Shown here piece by piece: positions 15,988 to 25,730 of a DNA stretch of 64,000 bases. Every line of letters begins with the position of its first letter. Position 1 is the first letter of the stretch. The translations under genes and the position numbers were made by a program. Source of the DNA: Spirochaetia bacterium (GTDB taxonomy: Bacteria; Spirochaetota; Spirochaetia; SZUA-6; Bin103); contig CBDBDQ010000005.1 of NCBI GenBank assembly GCA_965203905.1, forward strand, positions 7,328,001-7,392,000. The letters run 5' to 3'. Under the pieces are notes generated by a model. It searched no databases, was not told the DNA's origin, and saw only the letters and a program-made list of their open reading frames with translations.

Positions 15988-16146
15988 GGCTTCCTATATT
16001 GTAGTGACCTGCACCAAAACTGGCAACGGGAATGCCCGCCGGTAGTGTATCTGGCGTAACAGTGGTGAAACTAATAAAGAACTCGCCATTTCGCGAATAG
16101 ACCGATGCGGTGTCATCTTGAGTCTATAGAACGCTGGGGAACGCAA

Positions 16147-16240
16147 GTCCATGCTTTACAATACTTTCTGTAGAGAAGCATGGACCGCGAGGACCAGGGC
16201 AGGGCAAGAGGGGTTGCATAACATGCACCCCCGGGTGCAA
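16147..16240. other. Structured intergenic region with several inverted repeats
   Basis: GTCCATGCTT/AAGCATGGAC stem (16147-16185); overlapping alternative stems GGGGTTGCAT/ATGCACCCC and TGCACCC/GGGTGCA. Confidence 0.5.
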
Positions 16241-16361
16241 AATATCTGAGAGATAGGCGCCCGATCCCAACTCGGGCGCTCGCACCGAACTGGCGGCCCC
16301 TGGTATTCTTTGCCAGTGGAAGGAATTTGGGCCGCAGGTGGCCCCGAAGGAGGCACCACGG

Positions 16362-16427
16362 ATGCCTACGCCAAAGCGCCCCCGCGAGGTAGCCCGCAAG
16401 GCAGTTGCTGCCCGCTGGGCGAAGTAA
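16362..16427 (+). CDS. 21-aa basic micro-ORF MPTPKRPREVARKAVAARWAK
   Basis: AAGGAGG RBS upstream; joins the N-terminal PKRPR and C-terminal ARKAxAARW motifs of small basic mobile-element-associated proteins. Confidence 0.5.
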   Translation: MPTPKRPREVARKAVAARWAK

Positions 16428-16431
16428 AACC

Positions 16432-16647
16432 ATGACCGACCACGAGCGAGACGATCTGCTACTGGAAATCCGGGCCATGCTGGTTGAACACGGCGAGCGC
16501 CTGGAGCGCATTGAGCAAGACCACGGCGATAAGTTGGACCGCCTTCTTGCGGTTTCTCAAGGACAAGCGGCGGCGCGTGTGACGACAGATGAGCGCCTGG
16601 CCGTGTTGGAAGGGCGCGTTGCAGACTTAGAGCGCAACGCCGGGTAA
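16432..16647 (+). CDS. Small coiled-coil hypothetical protein (71 aa)
   Basis: Starts 4 nt after the micro-ORF stop; heptad pattern 'RLERIEQ..DKLDRL', 'RLAVLEGRVADLER'. Confidence 0.6.
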   Translation: MTDHERDDLLLEIRAMLVEHGERLERIEQDHGDKLDRLLAVSQGQAAARVTTDERLAVLEGRVADLERNAG

Positions 16648-16815
16648 ATGGCGAAGCGTATAGTGCCGGAGGTTTCCTTGTTCCGGTCGACCGAGTTACT
16701 ACGCTGGTCAATCACATCTGGAGTCCTGCCAGGGGAGCGCTCTGCGGGGCATGAACAGAGGGAACTATGAGCCGGCCATGCTACGCTCGCTTCAGACAGA
16801 CTTGACGCGTTGCGG

Positions 16816-17742
16816 TCAGCCTTTCAGGGAGCCAATCATGACCCCCTTGATGAAGTGCTTCTGCACGAACGGATAGATGCACAGCACCGGCACGCTGGCC
16901 ACGATGATGATCGCGAACTTGATCAGTTCCATCAGTCCGAGCCGGCCCTCGTCGATCAGCGCCGCGTCCAGGTCCTGCATCATGTCGACGTCGATGTCGT
17001 TGATGATCAGCACTTGGCGCAGAAAAAGCTGCAGCGGAAACAGGTTCTGATCGTGCAGGTAGAGCAGCGCGGGGAAGTAGGAGTTCCAGTGCCCGACCGC
17101 GTAGAACAGCACGTTCACCGCGGTGATCGCACCCGACAGCGGAATCACCACCCGCCACACGAACGAGAAGTCGTTGGCGCCGTCGATCTTGGCGGCCTCC
17201 AGCAGCTCGCTCGGGACGTAGGACTGGTAGTAGGTGCGGGTGATGATCACGTTCCACACCCCCAACGCGGTCGGCAGCAGCATCGCCCAGCGGGTGTTCA
17301 TGATGCCCAGCTTCTGAATCAGCACGTAGGTGGGGATCAGCCCGCCGTGAAACAGCAGGGTGAAGGTCATCAGGAACATGATGAAGCCGCGTCCGGCCAT
17401 GTCGCGCCGCGACAGCGGGTAGGCGGCCAGGATCGTCAGCACCACGTTGATGCCGGTGCCCACCACGGTGTAGACCAGCGTGTTGGCGTAACCGATCCAG
17501 GTCTTGGAGTAGTTGAGCACCGCGCGGTAGCCGTCCAGCGAGAGGTCCACCGGCCACAGCCACACGTGCCCGCTCAGCACCGCCTTCACCGAACTGAACG
17601 ACGAGCTGACGATGTACACCAGCGGATAGAGCACGATCAGCAGGGCGAAGGCCAGGAACAGGTGGTTGAACGCCGAGTAGACGCGGTCGCCGCGCGACAG
17701 GCGGATGCTGCGGCGCTCGGCGAGCTGCTGGTCGGCGATCAT
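16816..17742 (-). CDS. Carbohydrate ABC transporter permease (LplC-like)
   Basis: 'GGLIPTY', 'ELLEAAKIDGAND', 'YAVGHWNSYF', 'YPFVQKHFIKGVMIGSLKG'. Confidence 0.93.
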   Translation of the reverse strand: MIADQQLAERRSIRLSRGDRVYSAFNHLFLAFALLIVLYPLVYIVSSSFSSVKAVLSGHVWLWPVDLSLDGYRAVLNYSKTWIGYANTLVYTVVGTGINVVLTILAAYPLSRRDMAGRGFIMFLMTFTLLFHGGLIPTYVLIQKLGIMNTRWAMLLPTALGVWNVIITRTYYQSYVPSELLEAAKIDGANDFSFVWRVVIPLSGAITAVNVLFYAVGHWNSYFPALLYLHDQNLFPLQLFLRQVLIINDIDVDMMQDLDAALIDEGRLGLMELIKFAIIIVASVPVLCIYPFVQKHFIKGVMIGSLKG

Positions 17743-17752
17743 GCGGCCGCCC

Positions 17753-18808
17753 CTACCACAGGCTGGTGTCGCTGACCCGCCGCGCCAGGGCGTTCACCGC
17801 CACCAGCATGACCAGGTTCACCACCGAGTTGAACAGCCCCACCGCCGCGGCATAGGAGAAGTTGGGGGGCTGCCAGGCGATGCCGCGCTTGTAGACGAAG
17901 GTCTGGATCACCTCGCTGGTCTCCAGGTTCATGGCGTTCTGCAGCAGGAACACCTTCTCGAAGCCGACGCTCATCAGGTTGCCGACGTTGAGGATCAGCA
18001 GGATGATCGCGGTGGGCATGATCGCCGGCAGGTCGATGTGCCAGTTGCGCTGCAGCATGCCGGCGCCGTCCACGATCGCCGCCTCGTGCAGCTCCGGCGA
18101 CACCGAGGCCAGCGCCGCCAGGAAGATGATCGACGCGTAGCCCGCCTGCTGCCAGATGCCGGAGAACACGTAGATGGTCTGGAACCACTCCGGGCGCCCC
18201 ATGAAGCCGATCGGCTGCAGCCCGAACGCGGCGATGAACTTGTTGACGATGCCCACGCTCGGCGACAGGAACTGGATGATCATCCCGCACATCACCACCG
18301 TGGAGATGAAGTGGGGGGCGTAGGTGACGAGTTGCACCGTCTTCTTGAAGCGCCGCGCCTGGCTGTTGTTGAGCGCGATCGCCAGGATGATCGGCACCGG
18401 GAACCCGGCCACCAGCAAGTAGGCGCTGATGCTGATGGTGTTGCGCACGACGCGCTGGAACTGGAACGACTTGAAGAACGCGATGAAGTGATCCAGGCCG
18501 ATCCACTCGCTGCCCCAGATGCCGAGCGCGGCGCGGTACTTCTTGAACGCCAGTTGCGCCCCGTACATCGGCACGTAGTGAAAGATCACCAGGTACACCA
18601 GCGGCAGCGCCACCAGCACGTAGAGCTGCCAGTTGTGCGCCAGCGTCTTGCGCAGGCGGGCGGGAAGCGGCCTCCGGCCGGCCAGCGGCTCGGCCAACGT
18701 CGTGTCCCCTGGGCTTCGCATCGCCGTCATCGCGTTCTCCGGAGAGGGTGCCACATCGTCCCTCCCGTGGCCAGCGCACGCCGCCCCATTGTGCCCCGTG
18801 GCGGCCAC
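17753..18808 (-). CDS. Carbohydrate ABC transporter permease (LplB-like); start may be at 18730
   Basis: 'YVPMYG', 'PHFISTVV', 'ELHEAAIVDGAG', 'GFEKVFLLQN'. Confidence 0.92.
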   Translation of the reverse strand: MAATGHNGAACAGHGRDDVAPSPENAMTAMRSPGDTTLAEPLAGRRPLPARLRKTLAHNWQLYVLVALPLVYLVIFHYVPMYGAQLAFKKYRAALGIWGSEWIGLDHFIAFFKSFQFQRVVRNTISISAYLLVAGFPVPIILAIALNNSQARRFKKTVQLVTYAPHFISTVVMCGMIIQFLSPSVGIVNKFIAAFGLQPIGFMGRPEWFQTIYVFSGIWQQAGYASIIFLAALASVSPELHEAAIVDGAGMLQRNWHIDLPAIMPTAIILLILNVGNLMSVGFEKVFLLQNAMNLETSEVIQTFVYKRGIAWQPPNFSYAAAVGLFNSVVNLVMLVAVNALARRVSDTSLW

Positions 18809-19132
18809 CCGGCGGTGCGCGGGCTACGCGGAGACGGTCCTGGCGAGGCGGAGGCCGAGGTTGTTGTTGGCCGTGCGCATGTAGCCCGGCTTGGCATACC
18901 AGGAGCCGCCGCGGATCCCCCGGTTGGTGCAGTCGCCCTGCTGCTCCCGGCGCGTGGTTCAGGCGACGTCATCGCGCTACGAGTTCCGGGCCCGGTGTGA
19001 GTTCGAGCCCCAGGGTGGCGAGCGGAAGTGATGGCGTGGCGTACCCTCCCAACGCCCGGCTCCTGCCGGCGATCGAGGTCAAATGGTATAGTGCGCCGTT
19101 ACTTCCCCGGCGGACCGGCCGCCTTGCGTCGC

Positions 19133-19181
19133 TTGGCCAGGGCGGCCACGAAGCATGAACGACGCCAGTACGAGGTGAGCC
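19133..19181 (+). pseudogene. C-terminal remnant of a BrnT-family toxin
   Basis: LARAATKHERRQYE matches the BrnT C-terminal SARKATxxERxxYE motif, directly upstream of the antitoxin. Confidence 0.6.
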
Positions 19182-19382
19182 ATGAGACAAGAACATGACT
19201 TTTCGAAGGGAGAACGTGGCAGATTCTACCACGAAAGTACGAAGCTGAGCTTACCGGTCTATCTGGAGGAAGGCGTGTGGCGCTACCTCGATGAGCGGGC
19301 AGAATCGAAGGGCGTGGAGGTCTCCCAACTTGTCAACGAAATGCTGCGTCAGGACATAGCGTTGATCGAGACCGTGAAGTAG
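19182..19382 (+). CDS. BrnA-like/CopG-type antitoxin
   Basis: 'MRQEHDFSKGERGRFY...VYLE..V..YL..RAE.KG...SQLVNEML' typical of BrnT-associated antitoxins. Confidence 0.75.
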   Translation: MRQEHDFSKGERGRFYHESTKLSLPVYLEEGVWRYLDERAESKGVEVSQLVNEMLRQDIALIETVK

Positions 19383-19397
19383 GGTCAACCGGTTCCG

Positions 19398-19620
19398 GCG
19401 AACGAGGCGAGTGGCAACGGTCTTCGCGTTTTCTGAGCGACGTGATCACGGAGACGGGATCCACGACTGCATCGCCGGCGAGAAGGTGAAACAGGAATTC
19501 CTGGCGGCCTACCTGAGCATGACCGGAGTAGCCAGGCTCCTTGCACCAGCCTGATCGAAGCTGCAGTGTCGGGCCCTACCGAAGGGATGCCTCGTGAGCA
19601 GCTCAGGCCGCTGTTGGCCT
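19398..19620 (+). pseudogene. Degraded third copy (C-terminal part) of the AAA-ATPase/nuclease gene
   Basis: With frameshifts reads ANEGEW..VF.FLSDVITETGIHDCIAGEKVKQEFLAAYLSM, versus ANEGEWRPVLEYLSEAIAAQTGIRDYIGGEKVM[APRAGAL]GFLAAYLSV; right end approximate. Confidence 0.8.
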
Positions 19621-19839
19621 ACTGGCACGCTGCTATGGCGCCTCGCTACCGCTGCACATCGGTGACTCGGAGGATGCACGGATGAATGCCAGGTGATCGT
19701 CCTACCCCGGCGCGATCTCGACCCCATCCCGCAGCAAGATCAGGATAGTACCGCCGCAGCAAGCGTGGTTACTGCGACCGATTGCAGACGCCGGTGACAG
19801 ATGGGACGGAGCTAACACCGGAAGCGACTGTGCCTTGCC

Positions 19840-20405
19840 TCATGTTGTCCTCGGATGTATGGTAGCGGCAAACCTCCCCGCCGTCCGGGTCCACGTGGCT
19901 TGAACTGGCGGGCTTTTTCTTATTTCGAAACGCTGCGACACGTCATCGACCCACACCAGCGTTCGCCATGGCTTCCTGGAGGGATGAAAGAGCCTTGCAG
20001 TTTCATCCTGGCAGCGACGGAGCGCAGTACGGATGGCGTTCGGCTCTGCAGCACCGGCTCTGAGCAGGGACGGGATGACCGGAGCAACCGTCGACTGATC
20101 TGTGTTGCGATACCGGTGTATTGCGTGCAGAGGAGACCAGGGATTCCATGCTGATAGCACGCCGCGACTATCTCGTCACCGTCGAATGACGAGTATCCAC
20201 AGCGGGACTTCAATCGATAGGTGCACAGCACTGCCTGCGCTCTGTGCTGCACTCCTGCGACGAAATGGTCGAGATCCGCTATGGGTCCTGCTTCAGGGAC
20301 CGGTGTGATCCCCAGGTCCTCGATCGAGTACGCGTATCCCTCCCGCGCTCTCGCATCGTCGTCGATCACCAGAATCCGGTCGATCGCGTCCGCGCTCCTG
20401 GTCAC
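19840..20405 (-). pseudogene. Frameshifted atypical receiver-domain protein
   Basis: 'RILVIDDDARAREGY...AVLCTYRL....FDGDEIV' continues in another frame as 'IPSLL...FHPSRKPWRTLVWVDDV'. Confidence 0.6.
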
Positions 20406-20544
20406 GTCAGGTCCCCAGGAGCGGAAGTTGCCCGGTGATCTCCGCCGCTCCGAGGTCGCCGTGCCCTCGGGCGGCGACTTCACCTTTCCAGTCGACGCCC
20501 GCCGCCGACGCGTTTCCTGCTTCGTTCACTGTACCTGCAGTTTA

Positions 20545-21171
20545 TCAGTTCGGCGTGTCCCGTCCGGCAGCCGGCTTCGATGGAGAAGGCGTAGTCTGCG
20601 CCGGTGGGCTGTTATTGCGTAGCGGCTCCATCCGGGGATACAGAGTAGATTGCTTGGGATCGTTGACCTTAGGCGCCTCCCCTATACGGGAACGGGAACG
20701 GATCGCATCCGCTATTGGTGCGAGTCGTGATGGACCTGAGAACATTCCTTCCGTGGCGATCCTTCGAATTTCAGCGACTTCCATCGTCGCCATGAACTTG
20801 AACACTCTAGCAACGGAGTCGCGTCTCGATTTCGGTTCGGCCTGATCGATCCTATAGATCTGATAGAAATTGCGAACATCACCAAGGCTTGGCAGGAAAG
20901 ACTTGCTCTCGAACAGTTCCGCAAGCTCCACCAGTACTGTTCTCGTTTCCTCATCAAGTTCCATCTTGGCGACACACTCTAGTGCGTTCATCCTGCTCCT
21001 ATTCTTCTTCTTGGAAGTAGCGGAGTCAGCGTTGTCTACTTCTCTGTGTGGTTCTCGGCGATTGGTGGAATCGCGTGATGCAGCAACATCACGAAGATTC
21101 TCTTGAACCCTATCCAATCCGTATTGACGAACCAATGAACGCAATGAGTCTCTGAGTTTCGTGTCCCTCAT
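20545..21171 (-). CDS. Hypothetical protein coupled to ParA
   Basis: 208-aa ORF in lower-GC DNA; ATGA overlap with the parA stop. Confidence 0.7.
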   Translation of the reverse strand: MRDTKLRDSLRSLVRQYGLDRVQENLRDVAASRDSTNRREPHREVDNADSATSKKKNRSRMNALECVAKMELDEETRTVLVELAELFESKSFLPSLGDVRNFYQIYRIDQAEPKSRRDSVARVFKFMATMEVAEIRRIATEGMFSGPSRLAPIADAIRSRSRIGEAPKVNDPKQSTLYPRMEPLRNNSPPAQTTPSPSKPAAGRDTPN

Positions 21172-22040
21172 GACTGCGTACCACCCGTATCTGTTGTGCC
21201 GTGTAAGAGTTTCTCGAAGAACTCCCGTGCGAAGTGTTCAAAGAGGATAGCATCGCCGAGATGATGGTAGTCTCCGCGCATCATCTTTGGAAAGCCGCGC
21301 GAGAACGGGATCTGGTTGTCGAATACGAACCATCCGCTCTGGCGTGCTTCGGAACGTATCTCCATAATCGATCTCTTTCTTTCGGGGCCACCTCTGTTCC
21401 CACTGTAGTGATAGGAAGAGTTGATGATGACAACGCCAATCACATCAATCTGATGGCCTCGGTTGTCGTTTCTGAACTTGCTGAGGGAGTCATTCAGCAG
21501 CGGAAATCCAATGGTTGCGAAGTACTCCGGTCTAACAGGAACTAGGACGTAGCGTGAGGCATGATATGCGGCTTGTGTGAATATGGACTCGGTCGGGGCA
21601 CAATCGACGATGATGAGATCCATGTCCTGAAAGTTCTGGGAGATGATTCGTGCCAAGATCCGTGCATCGGGTCTGATCGATCCAATCAGGTGATCCGAGA
21701 AATCGAATCTTGATGGAATAAGCCGTAAGTTAGGCTCAACATCCTTCGTCGCTTGATCGATGTCAAGTGACGTCGGTGATGACGCCGAGCCCGATGGAGG
21801 CTGGTATCCGTTGAACATCTCGACAATAGACGGTGAATGATCCCTCAGAAACCGCCGATATGAATGATCTCCCAGCAAAGCCTGCGAAAGATTCGCCTGC
21901 GGGTCGAGGTCAACTGCTAGAACCTTCAAATCGGCTTCCCTTGACGCGTGTCGGCACAGCAGCGAAGCGACGGTGGTCTTACCAACTCCGCCCTTCATGT
22001 TGATCACGGAAACGCAGATTGGACGATGATTAGCTATCAT
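21168..22040 (-). CDS. ParA/Soj-family ATPase
   Basis: Deviant Walker A 'NMKGGVGKTT', 'VDLDPQANLS', 'IVDCAP'; GAAGGA RBS. Confidence 0.9.
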   Translation of the reverse strand: MIANHRPICVSVINMKGGVGKTTVASLLCRHASREADLKVLAVDLDPQANLSQALLGDHSYRRFLRDHSPSIVEMFNGYQPPSGSASSPTSLDIDQATKDVEPNLRLIPSRFDFSDHLIGSIRPDARILARIISQNFQDMDLIIVDCAPTESIFTQAAYHASRYVLVPVRPEYFATIGFPLLNDSLSKFRNDNRGHQIDVIGVVIINSSYHYSGNRGGPERKRSIMEIRSEARQSGWFVFDNQIPFSRGFPKMMRGDYHHLGDAILFEHFAREFFEKLLHGTTDTGGTQS

Positions 22041-22186
22041 TAGGAATTCCTTCTCGAATCCGCCATCGACTCGTCGAAGATGAGTCGTTCGAACGCGACA
22101 TAACACCGATGGCGCGTGGATTAGCCTGACTGGTCTACAGGGCAACGTGCCACTACGGAAAAGGGACGGCGCGTGATCGGCTGCAA

Positions 22187-22780
22187 CTATGCCAGGCACG
22201 TCTCTCCATTCCCTTGTCGCGATACGCTCGGCTTGAGCAGTGGCAGACGTACCGTGTCGCATCTGTTCCAGCGAGTGTCGGAAGATCGCAACTGGATTGA
22301 ACGCCATAGGCGCAGCCTCAGATCGGACAGCGGTGGTGCCGTATGGGGGCCGGGGTGCCCATGCGGATGCCTCTCGAACAGAAGATCCCACAGGTAGCGG
22401 TAGCTCTGTCCGTGCAGGCTCTCACTGATGACGTGCATCCCGCCGGGCAGCGGCAGCTCGGCGAGCTTCGCGTTGCCGAGCCGATCCGCCCATGTCCACA
22501 GCCCGCTGCGCGCGGGCTCCGGCGCGATGAAGGTGTGGTACAGCATTGCCATCAGGTGCGACTTGCCCTGTCCGCGCTCGCCGATCAGCACGAAGGGCCG
22601 CCCGTGCCCGGCGCCCACCGTCTCGATCGCGGCGAGAGCGTCCGCCGACGGATAGGTGATCTCGAGGAAGTCTGCGGCCGCGATCTGCGTGGCGCCCGTG
22701 TTGCTGGAGTTGGTCAGCTCGATCGCCGTGCCCTTGAGCCGGCGCCCGCGAAACTCCTTGCGCAGCGTCAGATGAAGCAT
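22187..22780 (-). pseudogene. Truncated DUF499-family AAA+ ATPase (N-terminal ~140 aa)
   Basis: 'FLEITYPSAD', Walker A 'GERGQGKSHLMA'; similarity ends at 'FERHPHG' (~22355); full members are far longer. Confidence 0.7.
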
Positions 22781-22900
22781 TGCGTCAGTCTACCCCACCA
22801 CAGCCCACCTTGCCCTCTCGCTGATGGTCCGTTGCGTGCCATGCGGGCCCGATGATAGCCCAACCGGCGCACGCTGGCAGTGCCAACGGCGAATCTAAGG

Positions 22901-23608
22901 TCAGTGCGGCATCTGATCCCAGGTTCGGCCGTCGAGCGTCCGCCCCGTCCGCTTCTTGAACACGCCTCCCCACTGTTTGAAGAAGAACGGCACCTCGCTG
23001 GTTACACAGTTGTCGCGGATGGCGCGTACCCAATCAGCGTCCATGGGCCGTGCGCCCGGGCCCGACTCACCGCCGACGATCACCCAGTCGATACCCTCCA
23101 GCGCAAGGTGCGGCAACGGTCCGAGCAGGGGCTCGATTGACAGGAACCTCGTTTGGGCGCCGGTCTCCTTGAGTGCCGCCAGCCGTCCGAGCCACTGTTC
23201 CGACTCTATGCTCGTACCGAGCCAGATGTTCGGAGTCCAGTGCAAACGACGGTTCAACTCGACGACGCGGCGCGGCCGCTTGGTAAGCACCTGAAAGGTG
23301 TGGCGGGATGCCCGGTTCATGACCTCGAAGACGGCTTCGATGAACGCGGACGGTACCGAGTCGTGGAACAGGTCGGACATGGAATTGACGAACACGAGCC
23401 TTGGCCGACGCCACTTCAGCGGCTCTCCGAGAGTCGACTCGTGTACGGCGACCGAGAATCCGCCCCGGTACTTAGCCACTCCCATGGCCTGCAGTCTCCT
23501 GGACAACCGCTCCGCGTAGCAGAACTTGCACCCCGGGCTGATCTTCGAGCAGCCCGTGACCGGGTTCCAGGTGACCTCGGTCCACTCGATCGCGGAGCGC
23601 GTCGACAC
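22901..23608 (-). CDS. DUF5131 (phage Gp37/Gp68) family three-Cys radical-SAM-like protein
   Basis: 'IEWT..TWNPVTGCSKISPGCKFCYAE', 'FVNSMSDLFH', 'LTKRP', 'WVIVGGESG', 'FFFKQWGG'. Confidence 0.93.
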   Translation of the reverse strand: MSTRSAIEWTEVTWNPVTGCSKISPGCKFCYAERLSRRLQAMGVAKYRGGFSVAVHESTLGEPLKWRRPRLVFVNSMSDLFHDSVPSAFIEAVFEVMNRASRHTFQVLTKRPRRVVELNRRLHWTPNIWLGTSIESEQWLGRLAALKETGAQTRFLSIEPLLGPLPHLALEGIDWVIVGGESGPGARPMDADWVRAIRDNCVTSEVPFFFKQWGGVFKKRTGRTLDGRTWDQMPH

Positions 23609-23610
23609 CG

Positions 23611-24445
23611 TTACAGGTTCTCCAGGATGTGGCCCGCGATACGCTGCGCGGCGCCGATAGCCTTGCCACTACGACTGCCGACGCAGAACAGAAACTCGAA
23701 CAGCGGCGCGCTCGTGGAGTTTCGCAGAGTTCGCGACCGCTTGAGAAACCGGGCACCGAACAACATCGCAAGTTTGTTCTTGTAGATGTCGAGTAGTCCG
23801 TCCACGCCAGGATCCCTTTCATGCTCGACATTGCCAAACAGAGTCTGCTGCGGGTTTTGCCGGTACAACTCACGCCAACTGTCATCGCCGAACACCGTGG
23901 TCAGCCGGGCAACCCAGCCGGGTGCGATGTCGTCCGGTCTCCTCGCCGTCGGTAGCATTCGCGCTATCGCGGATACCGGAAACAGAATCCACGTGTCCAA
24001 CGCGTCGAATCCAGCTATCCGTTCGATGGTGGACCACTCCACCTCCGTAGCGAAGGGGTCAAGAAACAGGACGCCGCGCCAGCGACGCCAATCCTGATGA
24101 AGATCATGCAGAAACCTGTTCGCATCCGCGTTTACGATTTTAATGTCGCGGTCAGGCCACCCTGCTCTGAGACGTTCAAGCTCATCGCATCGCGCCGGTC
24201 CTTCTCGACGAATATCAACCTGTCGAATTGTTTGTCGCCTACGTCCAACGCTATCGTTGCCGGAACCGCGCATGAAGTCGGTAGCCTCAGGATCATCCTG
24301 CTGGAGCTCTACGTAACCGCTACCGCGAAGGCGTCGATATACATGAGCTGGAACGGCTGATTCTTCAGAGCCGTGGTATATGCGTTCAGGTACGTTTCGA
24401 GTATACCGAGCTTCTCGCGGGTCCATCGTCCGCCGTAGCGGGCTC
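23611..24445 (-). pseudogene. tcmP: Three-Cys-motif partner protein TcmP, multiple frameshifts
   Basis: GGRWTREKLGILETYLNAYTTALKNQPFQLMYIDAFA/GSG (shift near 24325); a second shifted stretch ATIALDVGDKQFDRLIFVEKD; intact 'FLDPFA' C-terminal half; adjacent to DUF5131. Confidence 0.8.
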
Positions 24446-24489
24446 TTGCTCCGGCTACGCGATCAGCCACTCCAGTTCCACCCGCTGAA

Positions 24490-25551
24490 TCAGCCCGCGC
24501 TGCCCTGGACCGCGATCTTGATCACGGTCTCGCCGCCGAGGCGGTAGTCGCCGTTGAGGGCCTGGAAGCCGTTCTTCACCTCGGCCAGCGGCAGGATGTG
24601 GCTCACCAGGTCGGCGAACGGGAACTCCTGCTTCTCCAGGATCGGCATGGCGCGCACGAAGTGCTCGTAACGGGTGCCCCACACGGCCTCCAGGGTCAGG
24701 TTCTTGCGCATCAGGAGCTGGTTGATGTTGAAGTCGAGCGAGCCCATGTCGACGAAGTGCCCCACCTCGACGAAGGTGCCGCTGCGGCGCAGGTACTGCA
24801 GCCCCTCGGGGGTGGCCGGGAGGAAGCCGGCGCACTCCAGCACCACGTCCGCGCCCTCGCTCCGCGGCGTGTGCGACTTGACCAGCTCGATACGCTCCTC
24901 GACGGAGGTGACCTCGGCAATGTCGATGGTGACATCCGCGCCGCAGCGCCGCGCCAGCTCCAGCCGCTCCGGCGGCCCGCCCACCACGATCAGGGTGCCC
25001 GCGCCGCGCAACCTGGCGGCGATCAGGGTGAGCAGGCCGATAGCACCGCTGCCCTGCACCACCACCGTATCGCCGATCAGGATGTTGCCGCGCAGTGCCG
25101 CGTGCACGCCGACCGTGAACGGCTCGGTAATCACCGCCACGCGGGTAGGCGCGCCGGTCTTGATGAAGCAGGTAGTCGGAAGATTCAGGTAGATGTACTC
25201 GGCGAAGCCGCCGTTGAAGTGCGGCGCGCGGTCCGGGTCGGGAAGAAAGCCGTAGGCGCCGTAGCGGCCCTCGGTGCCGGGAGCGAAGATCACCCGGTCG
25301 CCCTCGCGCACCCGGTTGCCCACGTAGTCATGGGTGACGCCGGCCCCTAGCGAATCGATGATGCCGACGTTCTCGTGGCCCATGATCACTTCGCTCTCCA
25401 CCCCGTTCTGCCAGTTGTGCAGGTCGGTGCCGCAGATGCCGCCCAGCTCCTGGCGCAGCAGCACGGTGCCCGGCTCCGGATCCGGCACCGGGTACTCCCG
25501 CACGTCGAATTCCTGCCCCAACGCCACCACGGCGCGTCCGGTTCTGGCCAT
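24490..25551 (-). CDS. Zinc-binding (MDR) alcohol dehydrogenase
   Basis: 'GICGTDLH', 'GHENVG', Rossmann 'GSGAIG'. Confidence 0.92.
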   Translation of the reverse strand: MARTGRAVVALGQEFDVREYPVPDPEPGTVLLRQELGGICGTDLHNWQNGVESEVIMGHENVGIIDSLGAGVTHDYVGNRVREGDRVIFAPGTEGRYGAYGFLPDPDRAPHFNGGFAEYIYLNLPTTCFIKTGAPTRVAVITEPFTVGVHAALRGNILIGDTVVVQGSGAIGLLTLIAARLRGAGTLIVVGGPPERLELARRCGADVTIDIAEVTSVEERIELVKSHTPRSEGADVVLECAGFLPATPEGLQYLRRSGTFVEVGHFVDMGSLDFNINQLLMRKNLTLEAVWGTRYEHFVRAMPILEKQEFPFADLVSHILPLAEVKNGFQALNGDYRLGGETVIKIAVQGSAG

Positions 25552-25730
25552 TGCCACCTCCGCGGACCAGCATGCCGCGAACCCGCGCCGAGTATCTACC
25601 GCACGTGGCGCGCCCGGCGGGCCGGGCCGGTCACGGCTCACGCCCCTTTGCCGGTGGTCCGCTCGCCGGTAAGCTGAAGCCGTCGCGGTGGCGGGTTCCC
25701 GGTACCGGCGGCGACGCAAGGAGGAGCGGT

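Noticed and set aside
22057-22190. Integron attC site upstream of parA
   Set aside because: A stem-loop and ACATAAC are present, but there is no matching GTTRRRY partner and no integrase.
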